A stretch of 64,000 nucleotides of DNA from Podarcis pityusensis (taxonomy: Eukaryota). The notes under the pieces were generated by a model that was not told the origin of the DNA, did not search any database, and saw only the letters and a list, made by a program, of their open reading frames with translations. The position numbers and the translations under genes are program-made. The stretch lies in the NCBI GenBank assembly GCA_964106645.2, contig OZ067051.1, one strand, 5' to 3'. Positions 12,901 to 27,148 of this stretch are shown in pieces; the stretch's first letter is position 1, and each line of letters starts with the position of its first letter.

Positions 12901-15900
12901 TATAACACTTAGGAGCAACAGCTTGCCCAAAATATTTTTATCCACTGAGGCAAAGGACAAGAGGGCATCTGTCCCCCATCTCCCACAATTCCAAGAGCAG
13001 AATCTGACCGGGGTGACATCTGCACCATGCATTTAAAGCACTATGGTGCCACATTAACAGCCAGCGCTTCTCTCAGAGTTCATTGGGAAAGGTGAATTGA
13101 TTGTTAAAGCACTTGGGGAACTGTAGCTCTGTTCGAGGAAGAAAGGGTCTCCTAACAACTCTCAGAACCCATAACAAATGACAGTTCCCAGAATGCTCTG
13201 GGATAAGCCATGGCTGTTAACATGGCAGCATAGTGCTTTAAATGTTTGGCGCAAGTGTGGCCTGGACTGGGACTTTAATCTTGCTTCAACACTGGGAATG
13301 GGATTGTGTCCTCCACCACACATGAAGGCAGCAGGCTAGTTTAGGGGGTGCATAACAAGTCTCTAGCACACATAGCTCTGACCTCCACCAGAGGAGAATG
13401 CCCAGGAGGCTCAGCAGGAATGGCTGAAGGTGCTGCCGCTGCTGCCACCCACCTGCCAGCATCCACCACCTGAGGCAACTGCTTCACTTTGCCTAATGGT
13501 AGGGCTGGTCCTTAAGAGCAGAACATAATATATGCAAACACACAGAGAGGAATGGATTGACCGTTGCGATAGGTTTTTAAGCTGGGTAGCCGCCTATCAG
13601 AGAAGCTGTAGGAGTGGGCTTCTTGCATCAACAGAGAGTCGCTAAAAGGTATTGGAGGTCCTTTTCAATGCTGAGATTCTATATATAGCACCCTTAATGC
13701 ATGCAGTGCTGTACAGAGAAACATGCAAACAAAGGTCAGCCTCTTCTTGGCATTTACAACCTAAGTTCCAGTGGAGAGAAAGGGGAGGCATCTGCGTGTA
13801 AAAACGGCAACATGGATTTGAACGTACTTTAGCAGTAGGCATGTCATACAGGCACACACAGCCAGCAGTGGCTGCAGGTCCCTGTTGGCAGTGGCACATG
13901 GCACCAAGACGTCCTTGCCATGTTCAGAGGTGGCTGCTGCCCACTTGAACTGGTAAGGCGGAAGACAAGGGGAGGGACCAACAGTAGGTGGAGCCAGAGC
14001 CAATGACAGGCACAGCCAGAACTAGAGTCAAAGCCAACTTTTGTCGCCCTCCTCCTCCCTGCTGAGTGCTACAAGGGGCAACCCGGAGCCTAAGGAGAAG
14101 AAAGCTGATTGGCTGTGCCATTCCTTAGACTGGCAATGTGTCGGAGTGGGCAGGTGGGGGCTGGCTGAGGGTAGGCTGAGGTTAGAGGGCCAGTGCTCCA
14201 CTTGCCCTGATATAGCAGCCTCCACTGTCACACCATCTCTTCTTCAAACCATGCCTTCTGTGACTTCCCCTTGTGAACATCCACCAGAAGGAGTTAGGGA
14301 TGTTGGACATTCAGCATAATATAATTGCTGGAAATCTATGAAGCAGTATGAAAAGGGGGTTCTCAGAATACATGACATCTCCATTCACAATGTTTGCAAT
14401 ACTCTCATAAGCCTTTGATCTCGCCACACCGATCTAATGCAATCATTTCCTTCAGGCTGGAAGGGGCTGGTATCTGAGTGGCAGGACACCTGCTTTGCAT
14501 GCAGAAGGTCACAGGTTCAACCCCCAGCATCTCCAAATAAGGACTGGGGAAGAGCCCTGCCTGAAAAACTACTGCCAGCCATTGTGCGGACAATACTGAG
14601 CTAAATACCACATTAACTCAAATGTAAAGCGCACCTTTCTTGGCCAAATTACATCATGAACATTAGGGTGCGCATTAGATTCAATGGCACATTAGATTCA
14701 AGTAAATGCAGTAGATCAATTGACAAGACTACAAACCTGCACACATACTCAATTAAGCTTACTTACTGAGTAGAGCTGCATAAGATTGCACTGCAGCAAG
14801 GCCTCTCATGTTCCTCTCTTATTTGCCTCATCTCCTCCTCCCATCTGCCATACCCAACTCCATGCCTTCTGCCATGGCTTATCCCAACATTTGCCAATAT
14901 CTGTGCTGATTGAGGCTGATGAGAGATGCTATCCAAAGCAGGTGGAGGGGGCTAGATTGTTGACAGCTGCTTCATGGCTTGCAGCGATCGCTACGGTCTC
15001 CATTTACCAAGCCTGCCCAACATATTCATCTACAATTCTCAACCTGCTTTCTAAAACCACCATTGCCTCGTCTTGCTTGAAGCCCCCCACCTCTTTCGCT
15101 AGCTGCTGCCATTCTCCACGCCCCGTTCTCCTTAGGCCAGCGTAGATCACAAAGGCACCAAGGAGGAATCCAGAAACGCCATTTGCTTCAGACACACAGA
15201 TTAGTTCATGCAAAGGAGATTAATTGCAGAGCAGAGAAAATGCAAAAAGGAGGATTCTCACTGGCAGTGTTCTTCCTGGTTTTGAAGGGCTAGAGATAGA
15301 GTGTTTTCACGTGCAGCGCTAACAAACACCTCCATCTCCCAACCTTTTTTTTAAGGGCCGTCAACTGAGTGCAAGTTGCACAGACACTGATGTGCATTAT
15401 CAGCAGCCAGTGATCAAGACTGCTATTGAGAAACAGCCTTCCTCCCTGAAGATATACACACAGGCAGTGAAGAGGGTGATGGGGAAGGGCTGTGGCTCAG
15501 TGACAGGGAAGCTGCTTGCATGCAGAAGGTCCTGGGTTCAATTCTCTGGTGTCTCCTGATCGGGCTGGGAGGGGCCCCTGCCTGAAATCCTGGACAGACC
15601 CAGACCATAAGTGACATAAAGAGGTCAACAGCCTGACTCAGTGTAAGGCAACTTCCTATGGCTTGTCTCCAATGCCAAGCTCTACTTAAGAGTCGATCCA
15701 CTGAAATTAATGGACAAAACTAACTTGGATCTATTGCAGTGGGTCCATTCTTGAGTATGACTTGGAGGGCCACAACCCTATGTTCCTATCTTATGCAAGA
15801 AAATGGACTTGATATTACTAAGAGGATGGGGGGTGAGGGTGGGGGAAACCACAACTGAATAATACACTGCTCCATCATCACACTTAGCCGTTTTAAATTT

Positions 15901-18900
15901 GTTATTTTTGTAAATAAGCTCTGGGGTTTTATTGTATTACATTCGAGTGGTATATAAAATAAATCTTGTGAAATAAACCAACCAACCAATTTGGCAAACC
16001 TCAAAGGAAATAGGCCCACCCTGCAGCGTAAGCTCCCCAAATATCAAATGGTTTCAATAACAGGGGCCCAAATATCACTTAAAGCTGCCTGGTAGGCAGA
16101 TTGGCAGAGGCTAGATTCGAACTGGATTCGAACTAGATTCCTGATTCACAGTTCAGCCTTCGACAATAGACAACAGCAGTTCAGGGCCCTTCCTCTGTAC
16201 GTACTGCAGACGTGATTTGTTAAACAAGAAAGAAGGAAGGAAAAAAGCGAGCACCCATGCTTAGCAAACCATGCAAGTCCTACTTTCCCATGAACATATA
16301 AATCATGCAACTTTAAAAAGAAGAGTGTCTCATGCCCCAAACGAGTTACCTATTCATTTCAAGATCATTTAGGCGAGCAGACAGGTCCTCGAGGCGGTTG
16401 ATTTGTTTGTGGCACTGTGTACAGTAAAACTCAAACGCCTCGTCAGTGATAATGCTGTGCAGTTTCGCCGCAAGTGGGTTGGTGCTAGAAAAATCACAAG
16501 TGTGTCATTCTTGTAAAAAAGGAAACATTCAGGCAGAGCCCCTCGATTCCACCTGTGGCTTCCAGAAGTTGAAGGAGAAGACGACGGATGCTCTCGAGTA
16601 GCCAATTTTGGAGGCAGGTGGTGTTTTGTAAAAGAAAGGCGTGGGCTAGTTAATGCCATTTCAAGGAGACAATGATTTGCTGCCTCTTTCCAACAAACTG
16701 CCACTTCACCCCACGAATCACTTGAAGATTTGCTGAGCGTCTTAGAAGACCACTTCATGATTTTTCTGCCTGTTGCAGAAACTGTAATGCACTGTGCATG
16801 ATTTTTAATTGTATTATTACTGTTTCTTTTATTTCTTTTAATTTGAATTTCATCGTATTATAATTTGAATTCCATGAACTGGTGGCCACTCATCCAGCAC
16901 ACAAACAAAGACCCTACAGGACAAACTGCAGCATTCCCTAACATATGGTTGGATCCACATTTTCCTTCTTATGGATTTTAACAACTTTCAATCTTTCCCC
17001 ACTTCAGTGCTTGTGCATGAACTTTACATCTGAACTGAGCTTTTGGGGAAAAGGGTGTGCGTGTGCTCAGTTGGTATTTTTTTCCAATTAAAAAAGCATC
17101 AAGAAAAATACCATTCTAAATCAATATTAATATTTAATGTGGTGTATGTGCCTTCTCTCATCTTCAACCACAGATCCACAGACAACACGCCGTGAACCAC
17201 CTAAATGAAGCTTGCAGACCACTGGTGGTCTATGAACTGCAGTTTGGGAATACCTGCAATAGAGTGTCCCAACTGATGCTCATCTGTCTTGCTAGAAGCC
17301 TTTGCAAAGGTCATTATCAGGAGAGCCAGATCCCAGCCACACTATATAGGATACTGGATGGGAACGTCAAACCCAGAAGCCAAATATAGCTCTCCAGGCT
17401 ATTCTGTGTGACCCTTGGAACTCTCCCCAAGCCAACGTAGTTGCACATGATCTGTGCCAACATTTGCACATGTAGTGATCTGTGGCAGCCATTTTTGGTA
17501 CTGTGACAGCTAAAAAAAAAAAAATTGCAGTAAGGATTTAAAATATGTTTGAGAGAGGCAGGTGGTTATACCTCCCCTCCACTGAAATAAACTTCTGGAA
17601 GCCACAAGGTTTAAATCGGAGATAAGGTTAATAGTGAAAACCACAAAGGAGAGGTTTAATTCAAATACACACACGCAAACACAAACATAGACACACAGAG
17701 GTGTGAGCTGGTAGAAACAAGGTTAAATTTACAAACAGCTGGAAAGACAGTAAACGACTTGGCTCAGTTCCTACTATTTTGCTGAGCAACTTACATCTCA
17801 AGAGGAGGCTGCAAGCATCTATTCGGATGGAAAGAAGCAACAAGCCAAGCAGCATCAGTTTGGAGGGCCCTGGGGAAAGACCCCCTCTTTGTGCCCCCTC
17901 AGTGAATGCGCATCCTTTACTGCAGCTGGTCCAGGGGGCTCTTGTCAGAGGGACCCCTGCAGGAATATGTGGGTCTGTGGCAGATGTCCGAACATGCTGA
18001 CCTATGGTGCCAGAACTGAAGCCATTGCAAACTACAGGAGCTTCACACTTCTTGGTGTGCAGTCAAAAAGCTTTGGCACTGTATGCATAACAGCATTCTT
18101 ATACCAAGCTACTGATTTCAGATGAAGTTGTTCAAAAATGTGCAACAAACTCCCACAATTGATCCCCTTCCTACCCCCAAAGAAGTCACTTTTTAAAAAA
18201 ATAATAATTTTTGAACACTGCGGCCTAGCAGGAGCTGAAGCTTGCAAGGCGGAGGAAAAAAGCACAATGAAGAATCAAACCTAGAGAAGAACAAGCTCTG
18301 GTGCTAACTGATACAACACTTTCCATTTCACTCCACATGATTTGGAATACAATGCTCCCTCCTTTGAGAGCAGGAAAAGCTTGCAACTTGTTAATTGCAG
18401 AAACACCCTGCTTTGGAAATCTGGACTTGAGAACCACCTCTTCACAAGTTGCAAAGCAAAATGTTCCTCTGTGTAAATGCTACAGAAGAAGAGTTTGGAT
18501 TTGATATCCCGCTTTATCACTACCTGAAGGAGTCTCAAAGCAGCCAACATTCTCCTTTCCCTTCCTCCCCCACAACAAACACTCTGTGAGGTGAGTGGGG
18601 CTGAGAGACTTCAAAGAAGTGTGACTAGCCCAAGGTCACCCAGCAGCTGCATGTGGAGGAGCAGAGACGCGAACCCAGTTCACCAGATTACGAGTCTACT
18701 GCTCTTAACCACTACACCACCAAAAGCTGTTGCTTTTGCTTAAGTAAGGGCAGCACTGTGGGGAAGACTGGGAGAAGAGAGCAAAACCAAACCACAAATA
18801 GAAGAAGCACTCTGTTCAGCATAGAAAGATATTCAAGTCATTCTCAAGCTACACTGCCATTGTGTTGCAGCATGGAGGGTGGCTGTTCCGGAGTCCACCT

Positions 18901-21900
18901 CTCCATTCCCTCTCTCCCCCATCCTACAATAAACAAGCATTCTGTGGTCGCTGAGCCACCCCTCCTGTTTTTCCTGATTTTTTTTGTATTTCCACTTGGG
19001 ATTTAAATGAAGGTTTTTTAAAAAAACAACAACACACAAATTGCTGCAGAAATGAAGAGAACTGAATTCAAGGTTGGAAAAAATGAGAAGCAGAGAGAAG
19101 TCAACTGACAGATCCATCCATCCTTAAGTATAACAACCTCAGGAGTGCAGAGAGTAGAGGACATATTTGTAGACTTGCTTGCTGGGACAAGATGGCAGCT
19201 TCTGAGCTAGGAGAGGAGTAAGATGCATCTTCCTGTTCACATCCCCATAGGAAATCCCTGCTCCTGCTGGACCACTGACAACAGGAAGCCCTTCAACCCA
19301 TTTGTGCAACTCTCCCTATTTTCTCCTGCTCACTCAGCAGGACTAGCCAGCGCCAAGCATCCTGTCAACAACCACACAAGCCGTTAGCAGCTGGTAGCCA
19401 GAGTCCAGCTCAACATCTTTCAGGGGCATCCCGTTTGGCAAGACAGCCCCAGGTTGCATCTGCAAGCTAGAGACTAGGAGAGACGCTTGCTTGAAATCCA
19501 GGAGAGCTGCTGCCAACCGGTGGTCTGATAAGGCAGCTTCCTCTGTTCCTATGACAAACTGGCTCCTCCTGCTTGCCTCGTTTCCCAGCAGGTTCATTTG
19601 GCACCAAGGTATGGTCAATCTGCACATGGCCTTACTTAGATCCCATCAAAGCACTCATTTCCTTGCATGGAGGGAAGATGTCTTTGCACTAAGCTGCTGG
19701 GTGATTTGCTAGCACACCTGGCAACCTGGACCCATTGCATGCCAAGGGCACAGGCCATGATGACCTGTGTGCCGCAGGCACATGTAACCCAGGTAGAGAA
19801 ACATCTGCACAGATATGGGAGAAATGCCCTAAAATGAAGGCATCTCTATGGACTGCATGGGAAAGGCAGGAGAAAGGTGCTTTATTATGCTCAGAAGGCA
19901 TCAGAGAAGGTATGTGACACCCATCATCTTCCATCGCTCTCTCACACAAATCATTTTCTCCCTGCTGCTTAGGACACATTTATATGGATCTGTAGAGGTG
20001 AGAGAAGCAGGATTTGTGGTGCACAGGGCTTTTTGTTACAGCTCAGTGGTAGAGCATCTGCTTTCCATGCATAAGGTCAGGCTGGGAAGGACCCTTCTCT
20101 GAAACTCTGGAAATCTGCAGCGAGTCAGTGTAGACAATACCAAGCAAGATGGATCAATGGTCTGACTCAGTGCAACGCACCTTCCTATGTTTGCAGAAGG
20201 AGAGCACCTCTGCTTTTCGTGTGGATGCTGTCAGCTTAAAACTCCAGGTAGAACGGGGCAAGAGTTCTCTCCGAAATCTTGCAGAGCCAGTAAGTACAGA
20301 CAAGATTGAGCCAGATGGACCAACGATCTAACTTGGGATGATGCAGCTTGCTATGTAGCACAGTCACTTTCTTCCTGCTGCCTGTGTGTTGTTGGCTCAC
20401 AGCTATTCCCCTGCACATTCAGCACACAGAGGGGAGAAAACTGTGGCAAGGTGTGCCCTGACGGCTTCAGAGTATCAGACTGGTAAACAAGCCAACTCGA
20501 TACCAGCAAAAACCTGTTTGGTGGAAGTACCCAATAGCCAAGCTAACCCCAGCTGGGTGGGGAGTGCTGAGAATGTGGAGACAGCGCGACCAGGCAGTGC
20601 TGGGAACGTGCTGAAACAACCAGAACTTCCCATCCGCCACTTGACCCATGTTTGATATGCTAGTGTGCCGCTGCTGAAAGTACGCCCAAGTGCTTGTGGA
20701 GCTGTGATCAGGATGTGTGTGCGGGAGCAAAATTTTTTTATTAGTCTTCAATTACAGTCTAATAATAGCCCCATTATAACAATACCAATTTATAATACAA
20801 TTATTAATACCAATTGTTCAAATATCAAATTATATAATTTAGATGAAGTAGGCCCCTGCATGTTGGATTTGATGGATTGATTATTTGCATTATTTCTGCG
20901 TTCCAAAATCTTATTAATTTCAATTACATTCCGGTCATAATAATAATCCCTTATACAACAGCTGCAGTATTAATAACTTCTATTTGTGTTGACACATTAA
21001 ATGATTTATAAAACTACAAGTGAGGAACTCAAGCTTTATTCTTGTTCTTCCTGTGTGTGGCAATTATTCTGTCCATGGTGTTTCTTCCTGTCCTCGTAAG
21101 ATGTTATGTCTTTCTTTCCCCCAGTTGTTGTTGTTATCCATCATGCCTTGGACGGAGCTGATATCCCATCGTTGTTCCAGAAATTTCTCCCTCACCCTGT
21201 CCCGTGCTTCACTGTTTTGTAACTTTAACAACAGCTGCAAAAGTCACTCTGTCCCAATAAATAACCTGTTGTCACCATTTTTCCTCTCAGCCTGGGAAGA
21301 AGAGTGATCTGTCAAGCTGTAGATGACTCAATAAAAACCTTATCAGTTCCTTGGCAGTTCACAGACTCCTTTCATCCTTCCTTCCAACTGAAGATATATG
21401 AGCAATTATACTTCCAATTAAATTAAATTCCAAGTCCTCTTAGCGTTATTCAGTTCACTTTAAACAATAAAGAATGGGGAAGAATCAGCTCTAAGTTTCC
21501 ATCATAAACCTTTTGCAAAATAGAGCTTTCCTCCCTTTTTGCTTTTTTTACACTCACAGTTTCGTTTGATGTTATATTCCGTATTTATAATCCAATTTCT
21601 TCCATCCTTGCTTGTACAAATATAATTTGAACTAATGTTCAGAGGAGGGTTGCCGAATCATAAATGTAGAGAAGAAAACTTTAAATAAAGAAACTGTAGG
21701 CTCCCCTCCCCCTGTCTTTTGCACCGAATGAAGTCTTATCTCAAGTTCAAACTTTAAAGTCCTTGCAGTTGGGTTGGCTCTGGAATTTGTGATCTCATCT
21801 CTTCTAGCATGCGCCTGTACTTTAGTTCAATTAAACTCTAACAGGAGAACCTCTGCTTCTTAATGGCAGCGTTGGAGGGTTTTCGACAGGCAAAGTGCTT

Positions 21901-24900
21901 TCCTTGCCAGAGCGAGAGCCAGATACCGAGATGAACTGCGAGTAAAGCCCATTCCCCCTGTCCCTGGGGGGGGGGGGGATTTGCAAGGATAATTACACTT
22001 AATCATCCTTGTTTTTCCTTCACCAACGATCTCCTGCTGTCATGGGGCCTGCCTCCATTAAAGCAGAGCAGAACTGGAAGCCGTGTGCTGGAGCAATCTT
22101 ATGACTGTTCACCAATACTGCTAACTGCACAGCTCTAATAGATTTCCCTCCGGCCAATGTTTACTGCAGCCTTTGCCAACCTGTGCCCTCCAGATGTTGC
22201 TGGACTACAACTCCTATCAGCTTCAACTTGCTTGGCATGCTGGCTAGGGCTGATAGGAGTTGTAGTCCAACTTTATTGAGGGCACCATATTGGGAAAGGT
22301 TGGTTTAGCGGCTGGCTCAAAGACATATAACCAGAGTTATCTGCAACAGTTATTTTCGACACCGCAACCAGTGGTGGTGGTGCTGAAGATAGGCTACGGA
22401 AGAAGCTTAGAGACAGGCACCAGCCAGTTGAGAAACGCTCAAAATGCAGCAACATGAGACACAGGTTCTGGCCATCTTACCTGGGAGAGAGGAAGGATGA
22501 ACTGCTGAAGCCACTTTCTCCGTTGCACAAGCTGTCTGAGAAGAGATCCACCTCATTCCCTTCCCCGTAGTCCTCAAAGTGCTCCTCCCCGCTAATTACG
22601 GTGACGATGGAGTGATTGTTAATGTCCGAGGTCAAAGGAAGGTCATGAGGGTGAGATCTGTTGGTGGAAAGGGAAGTCAGTATCTCAAGAGAAGGAATCA
22701 AGGAGTTCACCACACCCACCGCTTCCAACAAATGACGGCCACACCCCTGCAGAGAGCGGCATTGATGGAGTCATGCTCAAAACTGCTGCCTGCATTTTTT
22801 TGCTGCCAAAGGACCACAATATTATTATTTATGACATTTATCAGTCATTATGTAATCATTTATGTATTATTACATTTATCATGTGGCTTCACCACAATGG
22901 CATTGAGGATCCAAGCCTGAGGCTCCCTATTCTTGACCTGTATCATCTACAAATTGGCTTCCCATTATTTAAAGCCACCAAAGTCTGCACATGGCCATCA
23001 CCATCACTTCCTGCAGCAGTGAATCCCACAGTTACACCCGATGGCATAGAAATCCTTCCATTTTTCTTTCTTTCTTTTTTTTTAAAGATATTTATTAAAG
23101 TTTCAAGAAATACAAAAAAAAAAAATACAGAGTACAAAAAAAGAATAACGTTTTTAAAATATAACAAAAAAATAGAGAATAAAAAGGAAACATACAAAAT
23201 AAAACAGTTAAAAGGACATTGATTTTCCAAACCTATCTTCCCTACACTTATTTCCCCGGACCTCCTCATACCTCCCTTTTTTGTATTCCAGTTCAGTTTG
23301 TTAGTTCAGCAAATCCTTACCATTAAACTTTTACCCAATTGTTAACCTTTTTTCATATCTCTTAAAGCATTACAGCTAAAAACCTCTTAGTTTCTATCCA
23401 ACATCCTTCTAAGATTCCTTAATTTTGCAATATTTCTGTAAATAGTCTTTAAATTTCTTCCAGTCTTCTTTCACCGACTCTTCTCCCTGGTCTCGGATTC
23501 TGCCAGTCATTTCCGCCAGAAATCCTTCCATTTTTCTATCCCTAATCCCTTGGCAAGGGACGTGGGTGGCGCTGTGGTTTACCACAGAGCCTAGGACTTG
23601 CTGATCAGAAGGTCAGCGGTTCGAATCCCCGCGACGGAGTGAGCTCCCGTTGCTCGGTCCCTGCTCCTGCCAACCTAGCAGTTCGAAAGCACGTCAAAGT
23701 GCAAGTAGATAAATAGGTACCACTCCCGCGGGAAGGTAAACGGCGTTTCCGTGCGCTGCTCCGGTTCGCCAGAAGCGGCTTAGTCATGCTGGCCACATGA
23801 CCCGGAAGCTGTACGCCAGCTCCCTCGGCCGATAAAGCGAGATGAGCACCGCAACCCCAGAGTCAGCCACGACTGGACCTAATAGTCAGGGGTCCCTTTA
23901 CCTTTACATTACTATATATTTTGGAAAGTTGTTAGTTCATTCATTCACTACGCACTTCAGCACCTCTTAAGATATCATAATCAAATTTTGCATGATGATC
24001 CCCGAGATCAAAGAACAGGTTTCTGTCAGTGTTTGGATACGGTTGCACATCATTTTGAACCAAGGCGGCAGACTGAACTGATCAAAGCAACGGTGTTGAT
24101 TTTATGCTTTCTTAGCAATGCCTGAGCAATGCCACTTACGGGGTCTGCCAGTAGATAAATATTTTGGGCTGACTTGGTTAACAGGAGCAGCGGTGATTGC
24201 TGCAAGCTAAAAGGGAGCTTTTATGAACTTGGTGCCTTCCAGCTGCATTGGACTCATAGTCCCATCAGCCTCAGCCAGCAGAGTGCGAAATGCAGGGAGA
24301 GCCAGGGGCCTGCATGGAGTCTTCTGCAGATGGCAGAATGGCATCTGGCTGGCTATTATGGGAACAATGCTGGATTCAATGGACCTTTGGCCTGATGCAG
24401 CAGGACTCTTACATTGGATGCAATCCTCCCCTCTTCCTTGTTTTAGTTTGGCGACCAAACCAATCACTGCTCTGCCTTGGAGTACACCACTCAAGCTGTG
24501 CATTCACACAAGGCCAAGGCACGTGACACATGGCAGTGCTTACATGCATACACCCAAGGCTGCAAATCTGCACAGACCCAGCGTTGCAGAAGGTGCTGTG
24601 AATGCCCAAGCACAACGCAAATATAGCTGGGCCAAGCAAAACTTATGTCCTTTGTAGAAAGTGCATACAATAAGGCAGTGGCTGTATGGCAGGCAACCAA
24701 TCTAAGAGGCGGCTGAATCAACGGTAAAATATTTTCAGCTGCACAGCCAACCCACATATTAAAGTGTTGCGGCATTTAGGACCGCATAATCCTATTAAGG
24801 GCCCAGGAACACACTTTTAAGCAGTGTAACTTGTCAAAGGCACAGACGCCAGGCTTATTTCACAGATACCAGCATCCTGTAACAAAAAGCATGCCATTTG

Positions 24901-27114
24901 CACATGGGTGCACAGACTAGCAGACAGAGTCACAGATGCGAGTCCTCGTTTGCCATTTTAAACTAGCTGAGTTGTCACTGGACAGGTCTTGGGACGTGGT
25001 CCTGCAGCCTCACTTCCCTGACTGGAAAATGGGCCTAAGGGCCACCCACTTTGCAAGGTAAATGAGGTTGAATCTTTAGGTGAGCTGCAGGTCTTTCAGG
25101 ACTGAAGAACTTTAAAGACTTGGAAAGGCTCTTCAAATATAATTTCTAAATCAGAGTAAGAAGTGGCTTAAAAAAAAAGGACCAAACCCCTGCACCTCTG
25201 TGTGGATGAGAATTCGTGACACTGGTCCTTCCTTAATTCAAAAACAGGAAACCCAGAGTTATCAGCAATTCTAGGGATGCAAAAGTGTGTGCGCATTTTG
25301 TGTTAACAGACGGAACAGTCGTGCTATCATCCAGGAAACAGGAGGAGGAGTGAGGCTGTGTTCCTCGCTGCTGATGAAAAATTCCCCAAAGCAAAGGCAA
25401 TACAGAGATTCAGATTGAAGTACTCCAAAACAAAGTACACATGATGAAAAAGCTACAAGCACTGCCCAAGGATAATATACAATTATGCTACTTTTGGGAT
25501 TTGCTCCATTGTGTTTTAAGGTTTGTGTGTATCTGTGGGGTCTGGGTGTGTAATTGCATGCTAGTGTTATGAAAAGATTACAAAATTCTGGGAAGCAATC
25601 TTCAAAAGAAATAAGTAAAATCAGCAAAATCGGTCATCTAAACTGGGCTCACAACTTGGGTTTAATTTTGATATTTGAGGAAGAGAGTAAAAATAAATAC
25701 ACTACACAAGGAACTAGTGACCTCTCCTCTGGCAGCAGCGGTACCACTCTGTTGGTGGTGTCACTTCCAGTTGCTGCTCAGCTGGTGTTCACCTGTGACA
25801 GGGCCCTTTCAGCGGTGGTTCCCCATCTGTGGAGTGCCCTCCCTCATTACTGACTTTCAGAAGAAATTTTGAAACATTCCTGTTTAGCCTGTTTGATGGC
25901 TCAAAAATACTGGCCATGGTAAGTAAGCTTCTGGAAAGGGAGAGGAATGTGTCCCTATTTTGGTAAAGAGCCCTAACGCACTAAAAACAAGGGAAGTGCA
26001 TGAGCAGAAGGCGGCAAGATGGGAGTCAAATCTCTGGACATCAACAAGGAGAAGATCTTCTGACCACCAGCAAAACAGAAATAAGGAAGAGGGGATCAAG
26101 ACCCCAGTGCAGGAAGGAAATATTGGAGGAAAGTAGATATTAAAATCTAGTAAGCCCCAGTGAGGGAGGGAGGGGAAGAGCGAGAGAGAAGTGGTCAAGC
26201 CAATCTTACGGGAGGGAAATCCATGTCAAGATCAAGGCAAGGCCAGTTATGCAAAAGGCCCAATTTCTGCTTCTGTTCATATGTCTAATCAGTCAAATAG
26301 CTCATATTCAGGGAATTCTAGGAGAGTTCAAATTTGGACCATATATATTTACTATATCCAATGCCATCTTTCAGATCCTTGTCAACAAAATAAGGAAGTG
26401 CCCATCTGGATGAACTATAGTTTGTAACATAGAAAGGGGAGCATTTTTATCAACAGGTATATAGTCATACTCTAGGAATGACCACTAGCATATTAGAAAT
26501 AGATGGCACAGAGTGTCCATCAAGTTTTGGGTTGTTGTTGTTTTAAAAAAATTATTTAGTTTGTCCACACTAAAAAGTGTGTGGGGGGGGGGCATTCCAA
26601 GGCAGCTCTAAATAATTAAGACACGCTATTATAAAAAATTGTCTATTATTATTGTATGCTGCTGCACTGACAATTGCCCTGGGCTCTCGTGAGAAGCCAT
26701 CATAATAATCATTCCTGCCATTTTGACTGAGAGCAACATTCCCATAGATCAGTTAGGATCATGTGGATGGCAGCAAAAATAAGTGTGGGCTGGAAAGTGG
26801 AAATGTCAACCAATTTCAGCTGAATGGGAATGGTTATTAAAATGTCTGGAGCTGGCAGAAATGGATAAACTGCGCCGCTCCATCCAAGGGAGAGAAGGCA
26901 GACTGTGGAAGAGCCATCTGGTCGGGAGATGGACTTGCTTTGTTAAGCACTGGAATGCAAAATATGGAAATGAAAGGCTTGAAAGGAATCTGTTCCTGTA
27001 ATGATTGATGATGGCAATAATAATAATAAACGAAAAATCACCACCCATTCTTTTTCCTTCTAGTCCTCATACCACTGACTTCTTGCAGCAAATGGAGGGT
27101 GTCCAGGCTCATTC

Positions 27115-27148
<34 letters not shown>

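Noticed and set aside
16111-16140. Short tandem ctagattcgaa-type repeat; similar short duplications near 44200-44238 and 53655-53685
   Set aside because: Two or three units only; ordinary replication slippage.
16369-16758. 129-aa ORF (MKWSSK...) as an alternative N-terminus
   Set aside because: It overlaps the 135-nt exon in a different frame and stops inside it.
22911-23067. Duplicated peptide LRLPILDLYHL...GIEILPFF as a small gene family
   Set aside because: It is only the translation of the duplicated intronic flank, whose opposite strand looks like decayed CR1; the starts and stops differ between copies.
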